Translations under genes and position numbers: made by a program | Assembly: GCF_036588685.1 (NCBI RefSeq) | Contig: NC_086380.1 | Coordinates: 15,686,001 to 15,750,000 of the forward strand | DNA from: Mytilus trossulus | Taxonomy: Eukaryota | Length of the DNA: 64,000 bases | Direction of reading: 5' to 3' | Shown here: in pieces, positions 1 to 14,520 of the stretch | How positions within the stretch are numbered: position 1 is the first letter of the stretch | How the letters are laid out: each line of letters starts with the position of its first letter | The notes under the pieces: model-generated | Seen by the model: only the letters and a program-made list of their open reading frames with translations | Told to the model about the DNA's origin: nothing | Databases searched by the model: none

Positions 1-339
1 TGTATAATTTACAGTGGGAGGAGATATGAAGATATGCAATGTCCACTGAGATATGTTTGTATAAGCTTGCATACTTATCATGTAGCAATTATCAAATTTA
101 TTATTTATATTTGTGTTCTTCTTACAGAAATACCAAACAACATTTTGCAGGGATTTAGAGGTCATTGGTGAAAAAGGAAGAAAGGACATGGGTACATCTA
201 ATTTTAAATGAAATAACAAGAATAGTTAAATAATTTACAACCAAGCAGCACTCAGCAATAGTGATGGTAAAGTATTTTTATAAAATTATACTCAAAAAAA
301 GATATATACAGTGTGGTGGTTTATATATTCCTACATTGC

Positions 340-1200
340 TACAGTCGCTGCATTCATCACCACACTCTGCATATATATCCCAACAGTCTCAATAGGTACC
401 CCAATACTATGCTTATCTATCACTACGGTCTCAATAGCTACCCCCATACTATGCTTATCTATCACTACAGTCTCAATAGCTACCCCCATACTATGATTAT
501 CTATCACTACAGTCTCAATAGCTACCCCCATACTATGATTATCTGTCACTACAGTCTCGATAGCTATCCCCATACTATGATTATCTATCACTACAGTCTC
601 AATAGCTATTCCCATACTATGATTATATATCACTACAGTCTCAAAATCTATCCCCATACCATGATTATCTATCACTACAGTCTCAAAAGCTATCCCCATA
701 CTATGATTATCTATCACTACACTCTCCATTCCGATGCCAACAGTCATTATGTATATATCATAATAGTCTCTATGTATATATCAGGATAATACAAAAGCTT
801 CCCCTTTACTTTATTTATCAATCACCTCACTTTATATATCAATCACCACACTCTCTATATATTTCCCCATACTCTCTATATCTACCCCAAAAGTCTCTCT
901 GTATATCTCCACATAATAAACACCTTAGATTACCTTACTTTATTTATCAATCACCTCACTTTATGTATCAATCACCACATTCTCTATATATATCCCCATA
1001 CTTTCGATATCTATCCCCACAGTTTCTATGTTTATGACCACATTATTAACACCTATCACCTTATTTTATTTATCAATCACCTCACTACATATATCAATCA
1101 CCACATACTCTCTATATATATCTCCATTCTCTCTATATTTACCCCAAATTCTCTATGTATATTTCCACACAATATACCATATCACCTTACTGGAAATACC
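340..1200. repeat. Minisatellites: 33-bp unit (ATCACTACAGTCTCAATAGCTACCCCCATACT-like, ~370-720) followed by a longer ATCAC-core unit
   Basis: Direct tandem periodicity; explains the repetitive ORFs 313..789 and 331..747. Confidence 0.9.
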
Positions 1201-1979
1201 AATAACCTCACTTTGTAAATCAATTGCTCATTTCATATGTATCACCTCACTCAGAATATCTATCAGTTCACTGTTAATATTTTCACCTCAATTTATACAT
1301 TATGTCTTTCACACCACTGGGTATATCTCTCAAAGCCCTATTTATTCCAACTTGAAAGTGGATATGAGTATGATAATAATCCATGTTTCTGACCAGAAAT
1401 CTGTTTATGCTAATTTAGATTTTAAACTTAAAATGACTCAATGTGACACCTATCATTGTTATTATTTTTTTTCTTCAGAAAAGTGAAACAAGATTTTTGA
1501 TAGATAGAAAAAAGGAGAAAAGGAAAAGGTAATCTTCATTGAAATTTAAAGTATTATAAATATGTATGTTAAGAGTTAATTAGCAAAGTATTATACATAT
1601 GTATGTAAAGAGTTAAGTAGCAAAGTATTATACATATGTATGTAAAGAGTCAATAAGCAATAAACAATCCTGGTTGAAATGAAATAGTTTAAAAGAAATG
1701 TTTTTTAAAGTATAACCGCTCCAACATGTCATGCAATATTTTATGTAAATATCATGTCAGGTATCTTTTCAATAAAAGTAGCAAATATGATATACTAACT
1801 GTGGGTCAATGATTGTGACATTCAAAATGAGTAAACCTTATAAATATATTGTTTCAGTGTTATTGCACTTGTAGCATTGTCTACAGTATACATCTGCTGG
1901 CACACACATAATGTATATACCACCACATATTATGTATCTACTGCCACACATTACATAATTATGGCCACATATAATATAT

Positions 1980-2600
1980 CTACCGCCACACATAATCAAT
2001 CAACACACAGTGTACATCTATCACCACATTATGTTTGTCTATCACCACACTATTGTTTATCACCACACTATTGTCTATCACCACACTATTGTCTATCACC
2101 ACACTTTCTTTGTCTATCACTACACTATGTTTGTCTATCACCACACTATGTTTGTCTATCACCACACTATGTTTATCTACCGCCACACATAATCAATCAA
2201 CACACTGTGTACATCTATCACCACATTATGTTTGTCTATCACCACACTATTGTTTATCACCACACTATTGTCTATCACCACACTTTCTTTGTCTATCACC
2301 ACACTATGTTTGTCTATCACCACACTATGTTTGTCTATCACCACACTATGTTTATCTACCGCCACACATAATCAATCAACACACTGTGTACATCTATCAC
2401 CACATTATGTTTGTCTATCACCACACTATTGTTTATCACCACACTATTGTCTATCACCACACTTTCTTTGTCTATCACCACACTATGTTTGTCTATCACC
2501 ACACTATGTTTGTCTATCATCACATTATGTTTGTCTATCACCACACTATCTTTGTCTCTCACCACTGTATGGTTGTCTATCACCACACTTTATATTTTAA
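1980..2600. repeat. 18/21-bp CTATCACCACACTAT minisatellite with a ~180-bp higher-order repeat
   Basis: The block starting TACCGCCACACATAATCAATCAACACAC recurs at ~1981, ~2178 and ~2357. Confidence 0.9.
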
Positions 2601-4957
2601 TCATCAAATTTGTAAAGCAAAGAAAAGTAATTAACCAAGAAAAAAATGATTTGAACTTTTCATTTAAATAATTGGTCTCACAAATGAATTGTATTTCTAT
2701 AAGTTTTACATTTTGATATTGTCTTGGGATTCTGCCATTGCAAGGATAGAACACTCCTATTTGTCCTTAGATGGAAAACAAATAACAACTGTTTAGGGCT
2801 TTTAAATTTTGTATTGTTTTGAATAATTATTTATTCAACTGAACCATATTGTTATGTTTTAGGTTAAACAAGATTTAGTGCCTGCCACACAATTAAGAAA
2901 GAATGAGAGGCACGAATGTTTACAGAACAGAGGAGATTATTTGTACTGCACTTAGATTTGTGTTTTAGTTATATTCAATTAGTATTAAAGAGTTATGTAC
3001 AATAAATCATGTTATATTATGTTCTTTTAAAATACTTTATGTCAATTCTCCTTCTCATGCTTGGGGTTCTTTGGTAACATGGGATACTCTTAGTAAAGTG
3101 ACAAATGCATATCTTTTTTAACCTTTTTCTAACATGTGTATCTGTAACAACTAGTAAATTCAGAAGCAGTTTTAATATACCTTTATACTTGATAACCCTT
3201 AAACGTAATGTAGCTCCTAGGAAAGTTAGTGTTTAGAATTCATTTTATAGGGGAGTCATATTCAGTGCCAAACAATTATTATTGAAGGAGCTATTCCCCT
3301 TGGAAATATAAATTATACGAAAAATTGCATGGAAAGCCTTTTCAAATCTACATCATTCATAGGATTGCTACGAAATTTATATTGAAGGTTTATCTTAGCA
3401 AGTATTAGGGTTAGATTGAAATTCATTTCAAATCCACTATTTCACCATGAGTAATGTCCCTTGGAAATATTTTTTTTATAGGAAATTGCCTTATACATGT
3501 TTTATATCAAATGCACTTTTGGCAATTACAGAATGATTTTACATCAGACTAAACTGGATTGATTTTAACCTACTCACTTTCTGAATGTGTTGTCTACACT
3601 AATGACATGGTTGGTTTTCTCCTTTTGAACTACATTATACAATATGGTATGTGTTTTGCCATTGTTGAAAGTCTCCATTGGATAGTTATCTTCTTGATAA
3701 TCATACCACATTTCAAGTTTTTAAGTCTTAAGCATGTGTGAAACAATGTTTAATTGAAAGATTACTTCAAGATTTTCTTCATGTATTAGAATAACACATG
3801 ATATGGGTATTCTTCCATGACACAAAATAAGAACATGCAGAGCAAAAAGAATATGCTTGATTTGTATGAAGTAAAATAAAAAATTACAGAGCTCCTAGGA
3901 AAAGCAGAAATGGAACGTCCCTGATCAAAGGCAAAATCAAAAGCTCAAACACATCAAACAGAATGCATAAAAGGTGAAATAAATAAATACTGAACTCCGA
4001 AGAAAATTCAAAAAGGAAAGCAATCAAATGGCAAAATCAAATGATGAAATACATCAAATGAAAAAACAACAACGGTTATATTCCTGATTTCGTACCTGCA
4101 TTCTCAAATGCAGAAAATGGTGGATTTAACCTGGTTTTAAAGCGCTGCATGTATTCTTAAGTATTGTCTAATTGTTAGGTACGTGAATGTATTGTCTTTG
4201 GTTCTTTAAAAATATCTGAATGTAAATAGTCTGTGGTTTTTAAAACAGTCTTTGTATTTCTGTGGTTGTAAGATACATCTAGTCTTTTCATTGTCTGTGA
4301 ATCCCATATACAGTCTGTATATGTTTTGTTTATGGTTATGAGATATAGGCAGTTGGTATTGTTCCGAATTCTAGGAACCAGTTTGTATCAGCCGTGGTTC
4401 TCAGTATTTTTTTTGTTTATTTGTATGTACTGAAACCATTGAAGAATTTACACAGTTGATTAGTTAAAACTTGTTTGTTACTCAAAAGACGTTATTTCAT
4501 GACTTAGGTAATACTTGGAAATTTATTATAAGGTGAAATATCTAATCCCGAAAGACATTAGTCGAAAGAGTTGATATCTTCATACTAGCATTGAGAAAAT
4601 CAAGTCTTAATTATTCAAAGCAAAAATATCATAAAGGTACCGGTAGATATTTTAAACTTGTTTGTAGTGAATGGAATCTACACGGTCTTTACTGTCTTTT
4701 GATAATACACGTTTGTTCAAAACACATGTGCACGAACAAATCTAAGGGTAATTGGGGAAAAAAATACAAAAAACTACAGTCAGGCGTTTTTAACTTTATT
4801 TGCCGAACATTGATATACAGTTTTCATGAAGAAAATGTCTTTTGATAATACACTTTTGTTCACAACACACGAACAAATCTATGGACAATGGCGAAAAATA
4901 CGAAAAACTACAGTCATGCATTTTAACTTATTTGCCGAACATTAATATGATGACTGA

Positions 4958-5238
4958 TGTACCCATATTTTGACTATTTTATTAATTGTGACTGTTTATT
5001 TAACGCATCATGTAAATGTAGCGGAATTCGATGAGACTGTTATTAAAGTGAGAAGGTTAGCGCTATAGAACCAGGTTTAATCCACCATTTTCTACATTTG
5101 AAAATGCCTGTACCAAGTCAGGAATATGACAGTTCTTGTCCATTCGTTTTTGATCCCTTTTGTTTTTGATTTTGCCATGTGACTATGGAATTTCCAAATT
5201 GATTTTCTTCTGAGTTCAGTATTTTGTGATTTTACTTT
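4958..5238 (+). mobile_element. Interspersed repeat family A (non-autonomous, SINE-like)
   Basis: Near-identical copy at ~10680-10960. Partial or diverged copies at ~3880-4145 (-), 6719-6860 (-), 47525-47700 and 60530-60790. Confidence 0.8.
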
Positions 5239-6113
5239 ATACAGTTTTATGGAGAAAATATATAACTAAGATGATTTCGTCATAGTTCTTTACACGTATA
5301 TATGCCGTATTCATCATTTTCCTGACCGAAGAGGACATGCTATTATTAGTTGCTGATAATAAATGGCTATTTATAAAAAAAACTTATACCATTTGATTGA
5401 AAAAGTAGTATAGCGATTCAAAAAGTCACAACTATCAATCGATTTGAAGGGAACATACAGCAGATGCAGTTATTCAAAACCTCGCAGAAGTTAAGCTTAA
5501 GAGAGGCGATCGATACCAAAGGGACTTACAAACTGAGAAGTAGAAAATAAAGGGAGAACGCCAGAGATAAAAAAAAAAAAAAAAAGACCAAATCACAAAC
5601 ACAAACAACAGTTTAAAAAAAAACATAAAAAACCTAAAAACTTAGCAACACAAACCACACCAAAAATTTTCACTAAACATATCTTTTTCCGTGGGTGGTT
5701 TAGAATTATTGAAAAAGACTGATATTTGTTAATAATAGAGATAAAGATAAAAAGATAAAAAAAATATATATATTTTGTGGAGTACCAACCAGAAGCCGCA
5801 AATATCTAGAGGATTTGGTTTTTAACTGAAGATCGTCATTTTATTTAAGCAAATTGTCGACTCTCTCATATACACGGATCGTTGAATGTTCAAGGCATGA
5901 TTTAAGCTCAGATCTGGTTGTGATATAAAATTACTTGACAGAGATAACTTGCTATTGAATGAAGATAATTTCACTCTTATGGAATTTAATTAAGTATTAC
6001 CTCTTACGACTACCACATTTGTTTGTTACTAAATCATTCGCTGAAACAACTTTTCTACGTTTTCTGAGTACTTGATTTTTTTTATGGTATATTTTTGATT
6101 AATTCCTGTTGCA

Positions 6114-6718
6114 TAAAATTGAGAATGGAAATGGGGAATGTGTCAAAGAGACAACAACCCGACCAAATAAAAAACAACAGCAGAAGGTCACCAACAGGTC
6201 TTCAATGTAGCGAGAAATTCCTGCACCCGGAGGCGTCCTTCAGCTGGCCCCTAAACAAATATATACTAGGCCAGTGATAATGAACGCCATACTAATTTCA
6301 AAATCGTACACAAGAAACTAAAATTAAAATAATACAAGACTAACAAAGGCCAGAGGCTCCTGACTTGGGACAGGCGCAAAAATGCGGCGGGGTTAAACAT
6401 GTTTATGAGATCTCAACCCTCCCCTATTCCTGTAACCAATGTAGAAAAGTAAACGCATAACAATACGCACATTAAAATTCAGTTCAAGAGAAGTCCGAGT
6501 CTGATGTCAGAAGATGTAACCAGAGAAAATAAACAAAATGACAATAAATTAATACATAAATAACCACAGACTACTAGCAGTTAACTGACATCCCAGTTCC
6601 AGACTTCGATTAAACTGACTGAATGATTATGATTTCACCATATGAACATCAGGCACAATCCTTCCCGTAAGGGGTTTAGTATCATATACCATCATAACAT
6701 ATATGAGAAGAACATAAA
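6114..6718 (+). mobile_element. Interspersed repeat family B (TAAAATTGAGAATGGAAATGGGGAATGTGTCAAAG...)
   Basis: Other copies at ~31450-31587 (-), 33630-33895 (-), 36180-36300 (+) and 54547-54765 (+). A family A fragment is nested near 6719-6860. Confidence 0.8.
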
Positions 6719-9700
6719 AGTAAAACCACAAAAATACTGGACTCAGAGGAAAATCAATTAGGAAAGTCCATAATCACATGGCAAAATCAAATAACAAAAC
6801 GCATCAAAAACGAATGGACAAGAACTGTCATATTCCTGACTTGGTACAGGCATTTTCAACCCGTGTCATGCCAACAACTGTTTTTAGAATAAATGGTCAA
6901 CGCCCAGCGACGAATATTTCACGCACAGAAGTCAGTAGTAAAATTAGTTAGAAGTTGAACTTGATACGTGTACATTTGTCATGATACATATGAATAAACT
7001 TTAAAAAAATATATGACTAAACTTTGTTATTTGTTAAAACATACAAGATACAAGATTTGAAGAAGTTTTCAATATATTTTTCTGTTTGTTTGCATTCAGT
7101 TATTCTATCAGTAATCATAGAAATGGAGGTAGCATTAACACATTTGTTTGACTAAAAATTAATTTAGCGTCTGTCCGATGTTCAGATTTATAACATATTT
7201 TACAATGGAATGAAGAAAATATCTTAATTGCTTACAACACTCTGTTAAATGTTTCGATGAATAATGATACTTTAAAAACTATAACCTGTCGATCTTAAAT
7301 GATCTTGAAGTTTAATGTGCGAACACCAGCTAACATATGATTTACACCTATAATGTTGGACTTTTTCAATACCATGTTGAATAAGGGTTAAGTGCTATAT
7401 GGACAACTGATATAACTGTCGCATAATTGATTAAAACTTACTCCCCAACTTGGAACAAGTGTACCTGCTATTCAAAAAAGGAACACAGTCTGAAACGGCG
7501 TATTAAATTGAAGCAATATCGGTTATTCTGAAGACAAATCCGTTCTTGATTTAAATCAATACGCCTTTCGTGTAACTGTATATTAACTACTTAAGATTTA
7601 ACCTAATTTATATAATAATTGAGATATAAGTCATGCCAAAACGAATTTATCTTAAAGATAACTACAATTATATTTTGAGCTTGCGTATCTGTTAATTTCA
7701 GGCTTTTCATGGGAATATAAGTGTATCTCCAAGTGTATAAAGTATACGCTATAAAAAATCTGATAAAATAATGAGATGCTTAAAGATTATATGGTTAAGA
7801 TGGATAAGATTATGAGAAGGTATAAATTATTGTAATAAAGGGTTTTCAGAATTTATGGATAAATATTGGAAAGAATTTGTATAAACTGCAAAATCCTTCT
7901 CACTATACAAATCCTTAACACTGTATCTCTCTCAAATAAACCGAAATTGTAAAATACGTTCATGCTTCGGTAATGAAACCCACATACAATGCTGACCCAA
8001 AAATCTACTACAATATAAATTGCACTACAACATTAGAAAGTTAACATTATGCCAAAAGATTATTTCATTTCGGTTAGGAGTTTTAGAGTAGATGGTGATA
8101 ATAACAACGAGTAATATAATGAGCAGATACATGTCCTACAAAAGTAAACACAAAGACAACTTGAAGATAAAATTACAGATAAAGAACTAACGATTTACGT
8201 TTTGTGGGTGGTGCCAACATAAACGATACGATAGTTTGTGCAGATTTACAAATTCTGACCATAATCCTGCAATTTGTATTATATCAAATGTACACAAGGG
8301 ATTATAGGTGTTGTTTCTCGAATTCAAGCTCATACTGCCTACTGTACAAATTCTGACCATTATCCTGCAATTTGTATTATATCAAATGTACACAAAGGAT
8401 TGTATGTGTTGTTTTTCGAATTCAAGCACATACTGCCTACTGTATAAATGTACATTGATAGATTTCAGTTATACCCAAGTATCTATATAGCTCCTGTAGT
8501 CGGTAAACTCCCAACCGTGATCCTTTACAATAAAGGTTATGGTTATCCATGTGAAATTGTTTAACATATAATCCCTTATTATAATGATTTTGTATTATCA
8601 TTGTGGCATATATCAAACTCATTCGTTCAGTGTATACATTCAAGTTTGTGGTTATATGTCTTTTGATTAAGTTAACCCATTTTAATTCATATTTCATAGT
8701 GAGTCTTTCTATGTTGTGATGTCACACTGTTAAGTTAAGGGTTAAGCTTGGTACCTATCAAAAAAATTAATTCCGCTGCATTTGTTATTCGCCTGTCCTC
8801 ATTAGGTACCTGATGTTCAGTGGTTGTTGTTTGTTAACGTGGTTCATAAGTGTTTCTCGTTTTTTCATTTAGATAAATTCGTTTGTGTTCCCGTTTGAAT
8901 GGTTCACACTAATGAGTTTGGGCCCTATATAGCTTGCCGTTCGGTGTGAGCCAAAACTCTGTGTTGAAGACCGAACTTTGACTTAAACATGTTATAATTG
9001 GTTACTCTTCAACTTGGGACTTGAATTGAGATTTGTCTCATATCACATCTTGTTATATATATATATATATATATAAATATGAAGGATTGTAGATGTTCCT
9101 TCTCAAATATCAACACTTACATCCTCCTAATTATAAAAAAAGAAGATATGGTATGATTGCCAATGAGACAACTCTCCACAAGAGACCAAATCGACACAGA
9201 AAATAACAACTTATGTCTTAAGGTCACCATACGGCCTTCAACTATGAGCATAAACCACAGCTTTATAATTTTCCTGGAAATATTTCATATTTGTTTTTGT
9301 ATATGTCTTGTAGTCAGTAAAATACAAAATGTGTATGAAGGATTGTAGATGATCTATCTCAAATATGAACGCTTGCAGCCTACTGCATAAAGGTTTATGG
9401 AAAGATTTGATCCTTACTAATGTACTTCAGATTTTCTATTTATGAGTTTGACTGTTCCTCTTGTATATTTCGTTCCTCTTTTATATATCTCTTGCAGTTG
9501 GGAAAATACCAAAAATGTATGAAGAATTGTAAATTTTCCCTCTCAAATATCATCACTTGCAGCCTACTGTATAAATGTTTGTGAAAAGATTTCATCCTAA
9601 CCCATGTACCTATATACATGTATCCCTTGCAGTTAGTAAAATATCAAATGTGTATGAAGCATTGTAGATGTCCTCAAAGGTTGACACTTGCAGCCTACTG

Positions 9701-12120
9701 AATAAATTTTCATGGAGAATTTCAACACATGCAGCCTACTCTATAAGTGTCTTTTGGATATATTTCACCCTGACTAAAGTACCTATGCATGTCTAACAGT
9801 CGATAACATATAAAATGTGCATATAAAAGATTGTAGATGTTCCCTCTGGAATAATCTGAATATTTTCGGAAACCAATGACTCTATTTTATGAGCTTTATT
9901 TACAATTATTTCATGATTTTCCAAGTCTCCATATCATAAGACTATTTACATTTTCTTATCATCATCATAGACACAATATTTATTTCTTGTCAATAAAGAG
10001 ATGAGGAATTTCATTATATATACAGAAAAGCAATCATATATGACTGTTGCTGGAAAATTGTCACATTGATACAAAGTAAAAGTATTGATTAAATTTTAGA
10101 ACTTTTATTTTATGAAAATAAAACCTAAATAACATAGAACGAAAGATCCACTAAACTCAATACATTGTACAATTCTAGATATTCCAATACATAAATGCAT
10201 GAACAACGTATATACATTCTTAACTACACAATAAAACTGTTTTCATTTGATTTTAAACAGCCAGGAATCTGTTTACTTTCACCTTTTAGATATAACATTT
10301 TATACATAGAATATAAAATGTATTCATGTAAATGAATTCTATGTTTGTTACTTTAATGATAACCATTTTCCGAGTAGTAAAAAGTTCATCTTAATGCATT
10401 TTAAATCATTGCACGTCTTCAAAATATAAGAACACAGTTCAGTTGTCCTCCACATGGCAGATATTTTATCCAAGAACAAATTACAATATTAATTAATTAT
10501 AACAAAAACACAGATCTAAGCACAGTAAAATAGTCTCCCCTGTTCTGTAAAGATTCTTGTTCGTATTCTTTCTTAATTGTGTGGCCGGCACTAAATCTTT
10601 AACCTACAAAATAATATATGGTTCAATTGAATAAATAATTAGTCCAATACAATACAGAATTTCAATGCCTCAAACAGTTGTACCCATATTTTGACTATTT
10701 TATTAATTGTGACTGTTTATTTAACGCATCATGTAAATGTAGCGGAATTTGATGAGACTGTTATTAAAGTGAGAGGGTTAGCGCTACAGAACCAGGTTTA
10801 ATCCACCATTTTCTACATTTGAAAATGCCTGTACCAAGTCAGGAATATGACAGTTCTTGTCTATTCGTTTTTGATGCGTTTTGTTTTTTGATATTGCCAT
10901 GTGATTATGGACTTTCCAAATTGATTTTCCTCTGAGTTCAGTATTTTTGTGATTTTACTTTTTGTTATTTATTTTCCATCAAAGAATAAAGAGGAGTGTT
11001 TCATCAGTGCAAAAACAGAACATAATCCCAAGATTGTATCAAATTGTAAACTTTGTAATGCAGAAATACAATTCTTTTGTGAGACCAATCATTTAAATGA
11101 AAAGTTAAAATTATTTTTTTCTTTAGTAATGACTTTACACAGAACCATGACTCAGATGATTTACCTTTTTGTTTTATGAAATGACAATGTGAGAGAAAAC
11201 AAGGCTTAATCATAACTATTTCTTTTTATCAAGTATCAATAATAAGAATGTGTTGGTGAATATGTAAACTGTGATGATTAAAATATATAGTGTTGTGATA
11301 GACAAACATACTGAAGTGATAGACATACATAGTGTGGTGATAGGTAAACAAAGCATGGTGATAGACAATAGTGTGGTGATAGACAAACATACTCAAGTGA
11401 TAGATAAACATAGTGTGGCGATATACAAACATAGCATGGTTACAGACAAACATAGTGTGGTGATAGACAGACTTAGTGTCGTGATAGACATACATAGTGT
11501 AGTGATAGACAAACATAGTGTAGTGAAAGACAATAGTGTGGTAATGGACAAGTGTGGTGATAGACAAACATAGTGTGGTGAAAGACAATAGTGTGGTGAT
11601 AGACCACAGTGTGGTGATAGACAAAAATATTGTGGTGATAAATACACAGACTGTGGTGAATGATTTATGTAGTGTGGTGATTAATTATGTGTGGCGGTAG
11701 ATATTTTATATGTGGCAATAATTATACTAGATATATAATATGTGGTGGTATATACATTATGTGTGTGCCAGCAGAAGTATTATGTAGACCTAGTTACAAG
11801 TACAATAACACTGAAACAATATATTTCTAAGGTTTACTCATCTTGAATGTTAGAATCTTTGACTGACAGTTAGTATACCATATTTGCTACTTTTATTGAA
11901 AAGATATCTGACATGATATTTACATGAAATATTGCACGATATGTTGGAGCAGCTATTCTTTAAAAATAATTTCTTTTAAATTATTTCATTTCAACCAGGA
12001 TTGTTTAATTGCTTATTAACTCTTTACATACATATGTATAATACTTTGCTAATTAACTCTTTACATACATATGTATAATACTTTGCTAATTAACTCTTTA
12101 CATACATATGTAAAGAGTAA

Positions 12121-12404
12121 AGTGTTGGTGTTGGTATGAATATCAATTATTTGGTCATTTTTTATAAATTTCCTGTTTACAAAGCTTTGGTTTTTTCAAA
12201 AAACTAAGGATTTCCTTATCCCAGGCATAAATTACCTTTGTCTTATTTGGCACAACTTTTTGGAATTTTGGATCCTTAATACTCTTCAACTTTGTATTTG
12301 TTTGGTTTTTAACTATTTTGATATGAGCGTCACTGATGAGTCTTATGTAGACGTAACTTGCGTCTGGCGTACTAAGTTATAATCCTGGTACCTTTGATAA
12401 CTAT
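12121..12404 (+). mobile_element. Retrozyme-like insertion carrying a type I hammerhead ribozyme with a mutated core
   Basis: Flanked by GAGTAA repeats (12115-20, 12405-10) and absent from the paralogous site in arm A. Hammerhead at 12327-12370: GCGTCA-CTGATGA-GTCT tatgt AGAC-GTAA-cttgc-GTC-TGGCGT. Confidence 0.8.
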
Positions 12405-12699
12405 GAGTAATACTTTTAATTTCAATGAAGATTACCTTTTCCTTTTCTTCTATGTTCTATCTTTCAAAAATTTAGTTTCATTTTTCTGAAGAAAAAAAAT
12501 AATAACAGTGAGGTGTCACATTGAGTAATTTTAAGTTTAAATCTAAATAAACATAAACAGATTTCTGCACAAAACGGTGGATTATTATCATGCTCATATC
12601 TACTTTTAAAATGATATAAATAGGGCTTTAAAAGATATACCCAGTGGTGTGATAGAAATAATATATAAATTGAGGTGAAAATATACAGTGAAGTGATTG

Positions 12700-14520
12700 A
12701 TCAATAAAGTAAAGGTGTTTAATATGTAGAAATATACATAGAGACTGTTGGGGGTAGATATAGAGAGTGGGTAATAGATATAGAGAGTGATTGATGATTG
12801 ATGTATAAAGTGAGGTGATTGATAAATAAAATGAAGTGATAGGTGTTTATGATGTGGTCATTAATATAAAGACTGTGGAGATACATATCGAGAGTATGGG
12901 GATATATATATATAAAGTGTGTGGTGATTGATATATAAAGTGAAGTGATGGATAAATAAAGGAAAGTGATTGGTGTTTGTTATTTGGTCATAAACATAGA
13001 GACTATGGGGTAGATATAGAGAGTTTGGGGATAGATATAGAGAGTGTGTGGTGATTGATGTATAAAGTGAGGTGATTGATTAAAAAAAGTAAGGTGGTAG
13101 GTGTTTATGATGTGGTCATAAACATAGAGACTGTGGGTATAGATATTGACAGTGTGGTGAGTGACACAGAGATTATGAGGATATATATAGAGAGTGTGTT
13201 GATTGCTATATAAAGTGAGGTTATTGATAATAAAGTGTGGTGATAGGTGTTTATTATGTGAAGATATACAGAGAGACTTTTGGGGTAGACAAAAAGAGTG
13301 GGGGATAGATATAGAGAGTGTGTGAGTGGTGATTGATATATAAAGTGAGGTGATTGATAAATAAAGTAGGATGATAGGTGTTTATTTTGTGGGGATAGAT
13401 ATAAAAAGTGTGTGGTGATTTATATATAAAGTGAGGTGATGGATATATAAAGTAAAGTGATTGGTGTTTGTTATTTGGTCATAAACATGGAGACTGTGGG
13501 ATAGATACCCAAAGTATGGGGATAGATATAAAAAGTGTGTGGTGATTGATATATAAAGTGAGGTGATTGATAAATAAAGTGAGGTGATAGGTGTTTATGA
13601 TGTGGTCATAAACATAGAGACTGTTGGGATATATATTGAAAGTTTGGTGATTGATATATAAAGTGAGGTGATTGATAAATGAAGTGAGGTGATAGGTGTT
13701 TATTATGTGAAGATATACAGATAGAATTTTGGGGTAGATACAGAGAGTGGGGGATAGATATATAGAGAGTGTGTGTGGTGATTGATACATAAAGTGAGGT
13801 GATTGATAAATAAAGTAAGATGACAGGTGTTTTTTGTGTGGAGATATACTGAGAGATTTTTGGGGCAGATATAGGGAATTGGGGATATATATATAGAGAG
13901 TGTGGTGATTGATATATACAGTAAGGTTAGTGATAAATAAAGTGAGGTGATAGGTGTTTATAATGAGAAGATATACAGATAGACTTTGGGGTAGATAAAG
14001 AGAGTTTGGGATATATATATAGAGAGTGTGTGTGTGGTGATTGATATATAAAGTGAGGTGATTGAGAAATAAAGTAAGATGATAGGGGTTTATTGTGTGG
14101 AGATATGTAGAGAGACTATTGGAGCAGATATAGAGACTTGGGGATATATATAGAGAGAGTGTGGTGATTGATACATAAAATGAGGTGATTGATAAATAAA
14201 GTGAGGTGATAGGTGTTTATTATGTGGAGATATACAGAGAGACTTTTGGGGAAGATATACAGAGTATGGGGATATATATAGAGAGTATGGGGATATATAT
14301 AGAGAGTGTGGTGATTGATATATAAAGTGAGGTGATTGGTAAATAAAGTAAGGGGATAGCCTTTGTATTACCCTGAGATATACATAGAGACTATTATGAT
14401 ACTACTATGATATATACATAATGACTGTTGGAGAGTGTAGTGACAGATAATCATAGTATGGGGATAGCTATTGAGACTGTAGTGATAGATAATCATAGTA
14501 TGGGGGTAGCTATTGAGACT
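12700..14520. repeat. GTGAT-core minisatellite array (paralog of the 340-1200 arrays, more expanded)
   Basis: Recurrent GTGATTGATATATAAAGTGAGGTGATTGATAAATAAAG units. Confidence 0.9.

Larger units (their letters stand above)
1..3006 (+). repeat. Left arm of a large inverted segmental duplication (truncated by window start)
   Basis: 1-330 is the diverged reverse complement of ~14760-15118. 1290-1990 matches ~11690-12690. 2640-2985 matches ~10485-11120. Unique blocks are collinear in inverted order. Confidence 0.9.
128..3006 (+). ncRNA. Putative spliced non-coding transcript or multi-exon 3' end, copy A (exons 128-266, 1479-1528, 2863-~3010)
   Basis: Splice signals cttcttacag|AAA...GATG|gtaaag, ttttcttcag|AAA...AAAG|gtaatc and atgttttag|GTT; AATAAA at 3001. 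The same signals and the first two exon lengths are preserved in the inverted copy. No long ORF. Confidence 0.45.

Noticed and set aside
311-2671. Many His/Tyr/Ile/Thr-rich ORFs in several frames
   Set aside because: They are translations of minisatellites, open on both strands because the unit lengths are multiples of three.
267-2862. Possible intronic snoRNAs in the duplicated spliced unit
   Set aside because: I could not find C/D or H/ACA boxes conserved in both arms by eye; a covariance search is needed.
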